From Escherichia coli (GTDB lineage: Bacteria > Pseudomonadota > Gammaproteobacteria > Enterobacterales > Enterobacteriaceae): 64,000 bases of DNA. Shown here piece by piece: positions 1 through 13,259 of this stretch (position 1 is the first letter of the stretch; every line of letters starts with the position of its first letter). The DNA is taken from assembly GCF_036507355.1 (NCBI RefSeq), contig NZ_AP027877.1; one strand, 5' to 3'. Position numbers and translations under genes: made by a program. The notes under the pieces are model-generated. The model was not told the DNA's origin, ran no database searches, and saw only the letters and a list, made by a program, of their open reading frames with translations.

Positions 1-503
1 GCCGTTTACCGGGGCAAACTGATAACGACATCTGGTTCTGGCAGGCGATATGCGCCAACGCGCAGGGCGATGAAACTGAAGCGACGCGTTGTTTACGTCT
101 GGCGGCGACCGGCGATCGCACCATTAACATCCACAGTTATTACAACGATCAGCCGGTTGATTATCTCTTCTGGCAAGGAATGGCGCTGCGACTGCTGGGC
201 GAACAACACACCGCACAGCAACTGTTTAGTGAAATGAAACAGTGGGCGCAAGAGATGGCGAAAACCAGTATTGAGGCGGATTTCTTTGCTGTTTCACAAC
301 CTGATCTGTTGTCGCTGTATGGCGATTTACAACAGCAGCATAAAGAAAAATGCCTGATGGTGGCGATGCTGGCGTCCGCGGGACTCGGGGAGGTTGCGCA
401 ATATGAGTCTGCTCGCGCTGAATTGACGGCGATTAATCCGGCCTGGCCGAAAGCGGCATTATTCACCACTGTGATGCCTTTTATTTTTAACTACGTTCAC
501 TAA
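1..503 (+). CDS. yphG: YphG C-terminal part (TPR-repeat protein); 5' end lies outside the window
   Basis: Open frame with codons starting at position 3 runs to TAA at 501-503 with no upstream stop; position upstream of yphF matches K-12 order. Confidence 0.6.
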   Translation, partial: RLPGQTDNDIWFWQAICANAQGDETEATRCLRLAATGDRTINIHSYYNDQPVDYLFWQGMALRLLGEQHTAQQLFSEMKQWAQEMAKTSIEADFFAVSQPDLLSLYGDLQQQHKEKCLMVAMLASAGLGEVAQYESARAELTAINPAWPKAALFTTVMPFIFNYVH

Positions 504-599
504 ACCCTATTAACTGTAATATTTGAGCGGCACGCGCTGCCGCTCACGCTCAAATAATTAAAATAAGCCGTTGTAAATAAAAAACCTACAGGAGGCACT

Positions 600-1583
600 A
601 TGCCTAAAAAAATGAGAACAACCCGTAATCTATTATTAATGGCTACGCTATTAGGTAGCGCTTTATTTGCCAGGGCTGCGGATAAAGAAATGACCATTGG
701 CGCAATATACCTTGATACTCAGGGATATTACGCTGGAGTGCGTCAGGGCGTTCAGGATGCGGCAAAAGATTCTTCAGTACAGGTACAGTTAATTGAAACT
801 AACGCCCAGGGTGATATTTCGAAAGAAAGTACCTTTGTTGATACCCTCGTGGCGCGTAATGTCGATGCTATTATTTTATCGGCAGTGTCTGAAAATGGCA
901 GTAGCCGTACCGTTCGTCGCGCCAGTGAAGCGGGTATTCCGGTGATTTGCTACAACACCTGTATTAATCAAAAGGGTGTCGATAAATATGTCTCGGCATA
1001 TCTGGTGGGTGACCCGCTGGAATTTGGTAAAAAACTGGGTAACACTGCCGCCGATTATTTTATTGCCAACAAAATTGACCAGCCGAAAATTGCCGTCATC
1101 AATTGCGAAGCCTTTGAAGTTTGTGTGCAGCGACGTAAAGGATTTGAAGAAGTATTAAAATCCCGCGTTCCCGGCGCGCAAATTGTCGCTAATCAGGAAG
1201 GGACTGTTTTAGATAAAGCGATTTCCGTTGGTGAAAAACTGATTATCTCCACGCCGGATCTCAACGCCATTATGGGGGAATCGGGCGGTGCGACACTCGG
1301 CGCGGTAAAGGCGGTACGTAATCAAAATCAGGCCGGAAAAATTGCTGTTTTCGGTTCGGATATGACCACTGAAATTGCTCAGGAGCTGGAAAACAATCAG
1401 GTGCTGAAAGCGGTAGTGGATATTTCCGGTAAGAAAATGGGCAATGCTGTTTTCGCGCAAACATTGAAAGTTATCAATAAACAAGCCGACGGTGAAAAAG
1501 TGATTCAGGTGCCTATCGATCTCTATACCAAAACGGAAGACGGTAAACAGTGGCTGGCAACGCACGTTGATGGTCTGCCCTAA
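600..1583 (+). CDS. yphF: ABC transporter periplasmic sugar-binding protein
   Basis: 327-aa ORF with signal peptide, AGGAGG 7 nt upstream of ATG; periplasmic binding protein fold; synteny. Confidence 0.9.
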   Translation: MPKKMRTTRNLLLMATLLGSALFARAADKEMTIGAIYLDTQGYYAGVRQGVQDAAKDSSVQVQLIETNAQGDISKESTFVDTLVARNVDAIILSAVSENGSSRTVRRASEAGIPVICYNTCINQKGVDKYVSAYLVGDPLEFGKKLGNTAADYFIANKIDQPKIAVINCEAFEVCVQRRKGFEEVLKSRVPGAQIVANQEGTVLDKAISVGEKLIISTPDLNAIMGESGGATLGAVKAVRNQNQAGKIAVFGSDMTTEIAQELENNQVLKAVVDISGKKMGNAVFAQTLKVINKQADGEKVIQVPIDLYTKTEDGKQWLATHVDGLP

Positions 1584-1605
1584 TCGCTGATTCGCAGAGG
1601 TCCCT

Positions 1606-3117
1606 ATGTTCACGGCAACAGAGGCAGTCCCGGTAGCAAAAGTGGTGGCAGGAAATAAGCGTTATCCCGGCGTCGTTGCGTTGGATAACGTTAACTTCAC
1701 GCTCAATAAAGGCGAGGTTCGTGCGCTGTTAGGCAAAAACGGCGCGGGCAAATCGACCCTCATTCGAATGCTTACCGGCAGTGAACGTCCGGATAGCGGT
1801 GAAATCTGGATTGGCGAGACGCGACTGGAAGGTGACGAAGCTACGCTGACTCGCCGTGCCGCTGAACTGGGGGTACGCGCGGTTTATCAGGAGTTAAGTC
1901 TGGTGGAAGGGCTGACGGTGGCGGAAAACCTCTGCCTCGGTCAGTGGCCCCGCCACAACGGCATGATTGATTACCTGCAAATGGCGCAGGATGCCCAACG
2001 TTGCTTACAGGCGCTGGGCGTTGACGTTAGTCCTGAACAACTTGTTTCAACACTAAGCCCGGCGCATAAGCAGCTGGTGGAAATTGCGCGGGTGATGAAG
2101 GGCGAGCCGCGCGTGGTCATTCTTGATGAACCTACCAGTTCGCTTGCGAGTGCGGAAGTTGAACTGGTGATAAGCGCGGTGAAAAAGATGTCGGCACTGG
2201 GCGTGGCGGTGATTTATGTCAGCCACCGGATGGAAGAAATTCGCCGCATTGCCTCCTGTGCCACCGTTATGCGCGACGGGCAGGTGGCTGGCGATGTGAT
2301 GCTCGAAAACACTTCCACGCATCATATTGTGTCGCTAATGCTAGGGCGCGATCACGTTGATATTGCGCCGGTTGCACCTCAGGAAATTGTGGATCAGGCC
2401 GTGCTGGAAGTCCGTGCGTTACGCCATAAGCCCAAGCTGGACGACATCAGCTTTACGCTACGTCGTGGCGAAGTGCTCGGCATTGCTGGCCTGCTGGGGG
2501 CAGGACGCAGTGAATTGCTGAAAGCGATTGTTGGGCTGGAGGAGTATGAACAGGGCGAAATTGTTATCAACGGCGAGAAAATCACGCACCCCGATTACGG
2601 CGACATGCTGAAACGCGGCATTGGCTATACGCCAGAAAACCGCAAAGAAGCGGGGATCATTCCCTGGCTGGGCGTTGACGAAAATACAGTGCTGACTAAT
2701 CGGCAAAAAATTAGCGCCAACGGCGTGCTGCAATGGTCCACCATCCGCCGCCTGACCGAAGAGGTGATGCAGCGGATGACGGTTAAGGCCGCCAGTAGCG
2801 AAACGCCCATCGGTACGCTTTCTGGCGGCAATCAGCAAAAAGTGGTGATCGGTCGTTGGGTCTATGCCGCCAGCCAGATTTTGTTGCTCGACGAGCCGAC
2901 GCGCGGCGTCGATATCGAAGCCAAACAGCAGATTTACCGTATTGTCCGTGAGCTGGCTGCCGAAGGAAAAAACGTGGTGTTTATCTCCAGTGAAGTGGAG
3001 GAGTTACCGCTGGTGTGCGACCGCATTCTGTTGTTACAGCACGGTACGTTCTCGCAGGAGTTTCACGCTCCGGTCAATGTGGATGAGCTGATGTCCGCCA
3101 TTCTGTCTGTGCACTGA
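1606..3117 (+). CDS. yphE: ABC transporter ATP-binding protein (duplicated ATPase domains)
   Basis: 503-aa ORF with two Walker A motifs (GKNGAGKST, GLLGAGRSE) and LSGG signatures. Confidence 0.92.
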   Translation: MFTATEAVPVAKVVAGNKRYPGVVALDNVNFTLNKGEVRALLGKNGAGKSTLIRMLTGSERPDSGEIWIGETRLEGDEATLTRRAAELGVRAVYQELSLVEGLTVAENLCLGQWPRHNGMIDYLQMAQDAQRCLQALGVDVSPEQLVSTLSPAHKQLVEIARVMKGEPRVVILDEPTSSLASAEVELVISAVKKMSALGVAVIYVSHRMEEIRRIASCATVMRDGQVAGDVMLENTSTHHIVSLMLGRDHVDIAPVAPQEIVDQAVLEVRALRHKPKLDDISFTLRRGEVLGIAGLLGAGRSELLKAIVGLEEYEQGEIVINGEKITHPDYGDMLKRGIGYTPENRKEAGIIPWLGVDENTVLTNRQKISANGVLQWSTIRRLTEEVMQRMTVKAASSETPIGTLSGGNQQKVVIGRWVYAASQILLLDEPTRGVDIEAKQQIYRIVRELAAEGKNVVFISSEVEELPLVCDRILLLQHGTFSQEFHAPVNVDELMSAILSVH

Positions 3118-3140
3118 TGAATTTTACCGAGGAACCTAAG

Positions 3141-4139
3141 ATGTCTGCTTCGTCATTACCATTGCCGCAGGGCAAGAGCGTCTCGCTCAAACAATTTGTC
3201 AGTCGCCATATTAATGAGATCGGTTTGCTGGTGGTGATTGCCATTCTTTATCTGGTCTTCTCCCTGAACGCGCCTGGCTTTATCTCATTGAATAACCAGA
3301 TGAACGTGCTGCGCGATGCCGCCACCATTGGGATCGCTGCCTGGGCGATGACGCTGATTATTATCTCCGGTGAAATTGATGTCAGCGTTGGGCCGATGGT
3401 GGCTTTTGTCTCGGTGTGCCTGGCATTTTTGCTGCAATTTGAAGTTCCGCTGGCGGTGGCGTGTCTGCTGGTGTTGCTGTTAGGCGCGCTGATGGGAACG
3501 CTGGCCGGGGTGCTGCGCGGCGTGTTTAACGTACCAAGTTTCGTTGCCACACTGGGGCTGTGGAGCGCCCTGCGCGGAATGGGGCTGTTTATGACCAACG
3601 CCCTGCCAGTGCCGATTGACGAAAACGAGGTGCTGGACTGGCTGGGCGGACAATTTCTCGGTGTGCCAGTATCCGCGCTGATCATGATGGTGTTGTTTGC
3701 GCTGTTTGTGTTCATCAGCCGCAAAACTGCCTTCGGGCGCTCGGTTTTTGCCGTTGGCGGTAATGCCACGGCGGCGCAGTTGTGCGGTATTAACGTTCGT
3801 CGGGTACGCATTCTTATCTTTACCCTTTCGGGATTATTAGCGGCGGTGACTGGCATTTTGTTGGCGGCGCGCCTCGGTTCCGGTAACGCAGGTGCCGCAA
3901 ACGGTCTGGAGTTTGACGTCATCGCCGCGGTCGTGGTCGGCGGTACGGCACTTTCCGGCGGTCGCGGTTCCCTGTTCGGTACATTGCTTGGTGTGCTGGT
4001 GATTACGCTAATCGGTAACGGTCTGGTGCTGCTCGGGATTAACTCCTTTTTCCAGCAGGTGGTACGCGGAGTCATCATCGTGGTGGCGGTGCTGGCGAAT
4101 ATCTTGCTGACCCAGCGAAGCAGTAAAGCGAAACGCTAA
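3141..4139 (+). CDS. yphD: ABC transporter permease
   Basis: Polytopic membrane ORF; ATG 3141 has GAGG SD; an upstream ATG at 3117 overlaps the yphE stop (TGATG) and is an alternative start. Confidence 0.85.
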   Translation: MSASSLPLPQGKSVSLKQFVSRHINEIGLLVVIAILYLVFSLNAPGFISLNNQMNVLRDAATIGIAAWAMTLIIISGEIDVSVGPMVAFVSVCLAFLLQFEVPLAVACLLVLLLGALMGTLAGVLRGVFNVPSFVATLGLWSALRGMGLFMTNALPVPIDENEVLDWLGGQFLGVPVSALIMMVLFALFVFISRKTAFGRSVFAVGGNATAAQLCGINVRRVRILIFTLSGLLAAVTGILLAARLGSGNAGAANGLEFDVIAAVVVGGTALSGGRGSLFGTLLGVLVITLIGNGLVLLGINSFFQQVVRGVIIVVAVLANILLTQRSSKAKR

Positions 4140-4204
4140 ACCTTAACGCCCCTGGTGCGGGTGCGGCAGGGATGAAAATTAATCGTATTGTTAATGAGGG
4201 ATTT

Positions 4205-5266
4205 ATGAAAACGATGCTGGCAGCTTATTTACCAGGAAATTCGACCGTCGATCTGCGGGAAGTTGCGGTGCCGACGCCGGGGATTAACCAGGTACTGATC
4301 AAAATGAAATCCTCCGGAATTTGCGGAAGCGATGTCCACTATATTTATCATCAACACCGCGCCACGGCGGCGGCGCCCGATAAACCGTTATACCAGGGAT
4401 TTATCAACGGTCATGAACCGTGCGGGCAAATTGTGGCGATGGGGCAAGGCGGTCGCCATTTTAAAGAGGGCGACCGCGTGCTGGTGTATCACATTTCTGG
4501 CTGTGGTTTTTGCCCGAACTGCCGCCGCGGTTTTCCTATTTCTTGTACTGGCGAAGGAAAAGCGGCTTACGGCTGGCAGCGTGACGGCGGTCATGCCGAA
4601 TATCTGCTGGCGGAAGAAAAAGATCTGATCCTCCTGCCGGATGCGCTGAGCTACGAAGATGGCGCGTTTATCAGTTGCGGCGTTGGCACAGCGTATGAAG
4701 GGATCTTGCGCGGCGAAGTTTCCGGCAGTGATAACGTGTTGGTGGTTGGTCTGGGGCCGGTCGGCATGATGGCGATGATGCTGGCGAAAGGTCGCGGTGC
4801 AAAACGGATCATCGGCGTTGATATGCTGCCGGAACGTCTGGCGATGGCAAAACAGTTAGGGGTGATGGATCACGGCTATTTAGCGACCACCGAAGGTCTG
4901 CCGCAGATAATTGCTGAACTTACCCACGGTGGCGCGGATGTTGCTCTTGATTGTTCAGGTAATGCCGCAGGTCGCTTGCTGGCACTGCAATCCACTGCTG
5001 ACTGGGGGCGGGTGGTTTACATTGGTGAAACCGGAAAAGTGGAATTCGAGGTCAGCGCCGATCTGATGCACCATCAACGGCGGATTATTGGCTCCTGGGT
5101 GACCAGTCTGTTCCATATGGAAAAATGCGCCCACGATTTGACTGACTGGAAGCTGTGGCCGCGTAACGCCATTACCCATCGCTTCTCGCTGGAACAGGCA
5201 GGTGATGCCTATGCGCTGATGGCGAGCGGCAAATGCGGAAAAGTTGTGATTAACTTCCCGGATTAA
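4205..5266 (+). CDS. yphC: Zn-dependent alcohol dehydrogenase family oxidoreductase
   Basis: MDR/ADH-like ORF (GHE, Cys-rich zinc site, GLGPVG Rossmann motif); start chosen at SD-preceded ATG giving 353 aa. Confidence 0.88.
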   Translation: MKTMLAAYLPGNSTVDLREVAVPTPGINQVLIKMKSSGICGSDVHYIYHQHRATAAAPDKPLYQGFINGHEPCGQIVAMGQGGRHFKEGDRVLVYHISGCGFCPNCRRGFPISCTGEGKAAYGWQRDGGHAEYLLAEEKDLILLPDALSYEDGAFISCGVGTAYEGILRGEVSGSDNVLVVGLGPVGMMAMMLAKGRGAKRIIGVDMLPERLAMAKQLGVMDHGYLATTEGLPQIIAELTHGGADVALDCSGNAAGRLLALQSTADWGRVVYIGETGKVEFEVSADLMHHQRRIIGSWVTSLFHMEKCAHDLTDWKLWPRNAITHRFSLEQAGDAYALMASGKCGKVVINFPD

Positions 5267-5277
5267 GGAGTCAGCGG

Positions 5278-6150
5278 ATGACCATCTATACCTTATCTCA
5301 CGGGGGGCTCACGCTGGACGTTTCTGACCAGGGCGGTGTCATAGAAGGTTTCTGGCGTGATACGACGCCGCTCTTACGTCCTGGTAAAAAAAGCGGTGTG
5401 GCAACCGATGCCTCCTGTTTTCCGCTGGTGCCGTTTGCAAACCGGGTGAGCGGTAACCGTTTTGTCTGGCAGGGGCGTGAGTATCAACTGCAACCGAATG
5501 TTGAATGGGATGCGCACTATCTGCACGGCGACGGCTGGCTGGGGCAGTGGCAATGTGTCTCGCGCAGTGATGATAGCTTGTGTCTGGTATATGAACATCT
5601 CAGCGGTGTCTATCACTATCAGGTAAGTCAGGCGTTTCATTTAACGGCGGATACGCTGACGGTGACGCTCTCTGTCACCAATCAAGGGGCAGAGACGCTG
5701 CCATTTGGTACCGGCTGGCATCCTTATTTTCCGTTGTCGCCGCAAACGCGGATTCAGGCACAGGCGAGCGGTTACTGGCTGGAGCGGGAGCAGTGGCTGG
5801 CGGGTGAGTTTTGCGAGCAGCTACCGCAAGAATTGGATTTTAACCAGCTCGCGCCGTTGCCGCGCCAGTGGGTGAACAATGGTTTTGCCGGATGGAATGG
5901 TCAGGCCCGCATCGAGCAGCCGCAGGAGGGTTATGCCATCATCATAGAAACGACGCCACCTGCACCGTGTTATTTCATCTTTGTTTCCGACCCGGCGTTT
6001 GATAAAGGATATGCGTTTGATTTCTTCTGTCTGGAGCCGATGAGCCATGCGCCGGATGACCATCATCGCCCGGAAGGGGGGGACCTCATTGCGCTTGCGC
6101 CGGGGGAATCAACAACCTCAGAGATGTCGTTGCGGGTAGAGTGGCTGTAA
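5278..6150 (+). CDS. yphB: Aldose 1-epimerase family protein
   Basis: 290-aa ORF, AAGGAG SD; synteny. Confidence 0.88.
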   Translation: MTIYTLSHGGLTLDVSDQGGVIEGFWRDTTPLLRPGKKSGVATDASCFPLVPFANRVSGNRFVWQGREYQLQPNVEWDAHYLHGDGWLGQWQCVSRSDDSLCLVYEHLSGVYHYQVSQAFHLTADTLTVTLSVTNQGAETLPFGTGWHPYFPLSPQTRIQAQASGYWLEREQWLAGEFCEQLPQELDFNQLAPLPRQWVNNGFAGWNGQARIEQPQEGYAIIIETTPPAPCYFIFVSDPAFDKGYAFDFFCLEPMSHAPDDHHRPEGGDLIALAPGESTTSEMSLRVEWL

Positions 6151-6157
6151 TTTATAA

Positions 6158-6191
6158 AATGCCGGATAAGGCGTTCACGCCGCATCCGGCA
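6158..6191. repeat. REP (repetitive extragenic palindromic) element
   Basis: atgccggataaggcgttcacgccgcatccggcat palindrome typical of enterobacterial REP. Confidence 0.8.
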
Positions 6192-6197
6192 TCTTTC

Positions 6198-6620
6198 CTA
6201 ACGGCGATCGAGAGAAATTGCCCCCGGCCCGGTAATTGCCAATAGCAAGAACGCGCCAGCGATACTGACATTCTTCCAGAAATTAATCATATTTGGCCCG
6301 ACGGCATCGCCGGTCATATCCCAGTAATGGTGACCAATCACCGCCGTACCCAGCGTGTAGAAAATAAACAGTACCGCCAGCGGACGGGTGAAAAAGCCAA
6401 GCACGATTAATATCGCGGCGGGCACTTCCATAACTACCGCAATAATCGCTGCCAGCATCGGCATCGGTGCGCCCAGCGAGGCCATATATTGGACCGTACC
6501 GTCAAAGCCCATCATTTTGGGAAAACCAAAAATAATGAAAATTAGGACCACGGCGATACGGGCAATTAATAACAAAACGGGGCGGGCAGCACCAAAATCA
6601 AAATAACGTAGTGAGTTCAT
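6198..6620 (-). CDS. yphA: DoxX-family inner membrane protein
   Basis: Hydrophobic ORF; start placed at MNSLRYF (140 aa); ORF track extends to 6665. Confidence 0.85.
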   Translation of the reverse strand: MNSLRYFDFGAARPVLLLIARIAVVLIFIIFGFPKMMGFDGTVQYMASLGAPMPMLAAIIAVVMEVPAAILIVLGFFTRPLAVLFIFYTLGTAVIGHHYWDMTGDAVGPNMINFWKNVSIAGAFLLLAITGPGAISLDRR

Positions 6621-6716
6621 AACCAATCCCTTTGCAAGATAATGTGATTTAAACGTAATACACACTCTGGTACCTCGCCACGCCCCAGGCGTTGAGATAT
6701 TCGCTAATTATCCTGG

Positions 6717-7928
<1,212 letters not shown>

Positions 7929-8741
7929 TTAAAGATCCAACCCAGCCGCTACGTGGCGAATGCCGCGAATCGCTAAACCCGCATCAGCGTTGATCATCAC
8001 ACCGCTTAATGCGCGATTATTGCGCCGCGATGCCAACATCACATACGGACCCGTAAAATCAGCCGGTTGCGGGAAAAATTGCAGCGGTAAAATGGCGGCA
8101 ATTTTCTCCGGCGTCAGAGACTGCATTATCGAGGTTTCACTTTGCCCGAGCGCCTGTGGGCCGCGCAGGTCGCTGGCCATACCACACGGGCCGACGCCAT
8201 TCACCCGCACTTTCGGTGCCAGTTCATAAGCCAGTTGGCGAATAAGTCCGGTTGCAGCATGTTTACTGGCGGTGTACAGCGGGCCACCGCCGCCAGGATA
8301 CCAGGCGGCATTTGACAGTGTGAAAATCATGCTGCCTTCACTGGCGATTAACGCCGGAGCGCAGGCTTTTGCGCCCAGCAGGTAACCGAGTACGTTGACG
8401 TTAAACAGCTCGTGGAAGCCGGTTTCGAGCGTCTCTGCGGGAGTATTAACCAGTGAGGCATTGTGATCCCAGATGCCCGCATTGCCGATAAAACAATCTA
8501 GCTTGCCGGAACGAGTCAGGATCTGATCGACCGCGCGTTGATAATCGGCATAACAGGTCACGTTGCCTTCCACCGCCAGAATATGTTCGCCAAATCGCTG
8601 ACGCAGACTGGCGACTTTTGCCGCCGACAGTTCCAGCGTGGCAACCTGCGCGCCTTCTTCGATAAATCGCTCGACCAGCGCCAGCCCTAATCCCGATCCG
8701 CCGCCGGTAATAAAAATGGACTCGTTATGCAGATCGCTCAT
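7929..8741 (-). CDS. hcaB: cis-dihydrodiol dehydrogenase (SDR family)
   Basis: 270-aa SDR ORF (TGGGSGLG); overlaps hcaC by 4 nt. Confidence 0.93.
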
Positions 8742-9057
8742 GGCTGCGCCTCCGGTAAGTCGATGAAAATGTCACCACCTTCAACGTGTACTGGATAAGT
8801 GGTGAGCGGATCGGTAGCGGGCAGGCATAACGCTTTCCCCGTTTTCAGGCAAAAACTGGCGGCGTGTAGTGGGCACTCCACCGTGGCGTCATCTTCCAGA
8901 TACCCTTCTGACATCGACGCATTACCATGGCTGCAACGATCGTTAATGGCATAAAACTCGCCGCCAACGTTGAACAGGGCGATGACGGGCGAGGTATCGA
9001 TCCGGAGAGCCTCACCCTCCGGCACATCCGCAACGGGACACGCATAAATTCGATTCA

Positions 9058-9058
<1 letters not shown>
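8738..9058 (-). CDS. hcaC: Rieske ferredoxin subunit of 3-phenylpropionate dioxygenase
   Basis: 106-aa ORF with Rieske CxH...CxxH motif. Confidence 0.93.
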
Positions 9059-10970
<1,912 letters not shown>

Positions 10971-11069
10971 CTATTTTTGTGTCATAAGGATGTTGCTGGT
11001 TGGTTGCTAATATGTGAAATAGTTAATTTCTACCAGCTGAGACGTTTTTTCGATAACAAGGGGAAGGTG

Positions 11070-11960
11070 ATGGAACTACGGCATTTACGCTATTTCGTCG
11101 CAGTGGCGCAGGCACTGAACTTTACCCGTGCGGCGGAAAAACTGCATACCTCACAGCCTTCGTTAAGCAGCCAGATCCGCGATCTTGAAAACTGTGTCGG
11201 TGTTCCGTTACTGGTGAGGGATAAGCGCAAAGTCGCGTTGACGGCGGCGGGAGAATGTTTTCTCCAGGACGCGCTGGCAATCCTCGAACAAGCGGAAAAT
11301 GCCAAATTACGGGCGCGGAAAATTGTTCAGGAAGACAGACAATTAACCATTGGCTTTGTGCCATCGGCGGAAGTGAATTTACTGCCAAAAGTATTACCGA
11401 TGTTTCGTCTCAGACAGCCAGACACCTTGATTGAGCTGGTGAGTTTAATCACCACGCAACAGGAGGAAAAAATTCGCCGTGGTGAACTCGACGTCGGCTT
11501 AATGCGCCATCCTGTTTATAGCCCGGAGATTGATTATCTGGAGCTTTTTGACGAACCATTAGTGGTGGTGTTACCGGTTGATCACCCTTTAGCACATGAA
11601 AAAGAGATCACCGCCGCGCAACTGGATGGCGTGAATTTCGTCAGTACCGATCCGGCGTATTCCGGTTCGCTTGCGCCGATCGTTAAAGCGTGGTTTGCAC
11701 AAGAAAACAGCCAGCCAAATATCGTCCAGGTGGCAACGAATATTCTGGTGACCATGAATCTGGTGGGCATGGGGCTGGGCGTCACTTTGATACCCGGTTA
11801 TATGAATAATTTTAATACCGGGCAGGTTGTTTTTCGTCCCATTGCCGGAAATGTGCCTTCCATTGCTTTACTGATGGCGTGGAAGAAAGGGGAGATGAAG
11901 CCGGCATTACGCGATTTCATCGCCATTGTGCAGGAACGTTTGGCAAGCGTAACGGCATAA
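11070..11960 (+). CDS. hcaR: LysR-family transcriptional activator of the hca operon
   Basis: MELRHLRYF LysR N-terminus at ATG 11070 (296 aa); divergent from hcaE; ORF track start 10977 is upstream. Confidence 0.9.
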   Translation: MELRHLRYFVAVAQALNFTRAAEKLHTSQPSLSSQIRDLENCVGVPLLVRDKRKVALTAAGECFLQDALAILEQAENAKLRARKIVQEDRQLTIGFVPSAEVNLLPKVLPMFRLRQPDTLIELVSLITTQQEEKIRRGELDVGLMRHPVYSPEIDYLELFDEPLVVVLPVDHPLAHEKEITAAQLDGVNFVSTDPAYSGSLAPIVKAWFAQENSQPNIVQVATNILVTMNLVGMGLGVTLIPGYMNNFNTGQVVFRPIAGNVPSIALLMAWKKGEMKPALRDFIAIVQERLASVTA

Positions 11961-12119
11961 TTACGCATTATCTTTGCAACATGCGTCACGGATCGCAGTT
12001 TTTGAGTGCTTGTGAACTGGCGTTACAGACATCGGGAAGCAGGCTCGAATATTCTTATTTTTCAACTTGCACCAACATTCGATTAACTCCAGACTAACGC
12101 CTCCTGACGGGAGGGACTC

Positions 12120-13259
12120 ATGGTTTTGCAATCCACGCGCTGGTTGGCGCTCGGCTATTTCACATACTTTTTTAGTTACGGCATTTTTCTACCTTTCTGG
12201 AGCGTCTGGCTTAAAGGGATTGGTTTAACGCCAGAAACCATCGGCCTGTTATTGGGGGCAGGTCTGGTTGCCCGTTTTCTCGGGAGTTTGCTCATCGCGC
12301 CCCGCGTCAGCGATCCTTCCCGCCTGATTTCCGCCTTGCGCGTGCTGGCAGTGCTGACACTTATCTTTGCTGTCGCCTTCTGGGCGGGGGCGCACGTAGC
12401 GTGGCTGATGCTGGTGATGATTGGCTTTAACCTCTTTTTCTCACCGCTGGTACCGTTGACCGATGCACTGGCGAATACGTGGCAAAAGCAGTTCCCGCTT
12501 GATTACGGCAAAGTGCGACTGTGGGGCTCGGTGGCGTTTGTCATTGGCTCGGCGCTGACGGGCAAACTGGTCACTATGTTTGATTATCGGGTGATCCTCG
12601 TGCTGTTGACGTTGGGCGTGGCATCCATGCTGCTCGGCTTTCTCATCCGTCCGACGATTCAGCCACAAGGGGCAAGCCGCCAACAGGAGAGCACCGGTTG
12701 GTCAGCGTGGTTGGCGCTGGTTCGCCAGAACTGGCGCTTTCTGGCCTGCGTTTGTTTATTGCAGGGGGCGCATGCGGCCTATTACGGTTTTAGCGCCATT
12801 TACTGGCAGGCAGCTGGCTACTCGGCCTCGGCGGTGGGGTATTTGTGGTCGCTGGGCGTGGTGGCGGAAGTCATTATCTTTGCACTGAGTAATAAACTTT
12901 TCCGCCGTTGTAGTGCACGCGATATGCTGTTGATCTCGGCGATTTGCGGCGTAGTGCGCTGGGGCATTATGGGAGCAACTACGGCGTTGCCGTGGTTGAT
13001 AGTGGTGCAAATTCTGCATTGCGGCACCTTCACGGTCTGCCACCTGGCCGCCATGCGCTATATTGCCGCTCGCCAGGGTAGCGAAGTCATCCGTTTACAG
13101 GCGGTTTACTCTGCCGTCGCGATGGGCGGCAGTATCGCTATCATGACCGTTTTCGCCGGTTTCCTGTATCAATATCTGGGCCACGGCGTGTTCTGGGTGA
13201 TGGCGCTGGTGGCGCTTCCGGCAATGTTTTTGCGCCCGAAAGTTGTTCCCTCATGCTGA
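12120..13259 (+). CDS. hcaT: MFS transporter (putative 3-phenylpropionate permease)
   Basis: 379-aa polytopic membrane ORF; synteny. Confidence 0.9.
   Translation: MVLQSTRWLALGYFTYFFSYGIFLPFWSVWLKGIGLTPETIGLLLGAGLVARFLGSLLIAPRVSDPSRLISALRVLAVLTLIFAVAFWAGAHVAWLMLVMIGFNLFFSPLVPLTDALANTWQKQFPLDYGKVRLWGSVAFVIGSALTGKLVTMFDYRVILVLLTLGVASMLLGFLIRPTIQPQGASRQQESTGWSAWLALVRQNWRFLACVCLLQGAHAAYYGFSAIYWQAAGYSASAVGYLWSLGVVAEVIIFALSNKLFRRCSARDMLLISAICGVVRWGIMGATTALPWLIVVQILHCGTFTVCHLAAMRYIAARQGSEVIRLQAVYSAVAMGGSIAIMTVFAGFLYQYLGHGVFWVMALVALPAMFLRPKVVPSC

Noticed and set aside
3248-4078. 276-aa minus-strand ORF
   Set aside because: Antisense to the yphD permease; Pro/Thr/Ser/Ala-rich as expected for the reverse frame of a hydrophobic gene.
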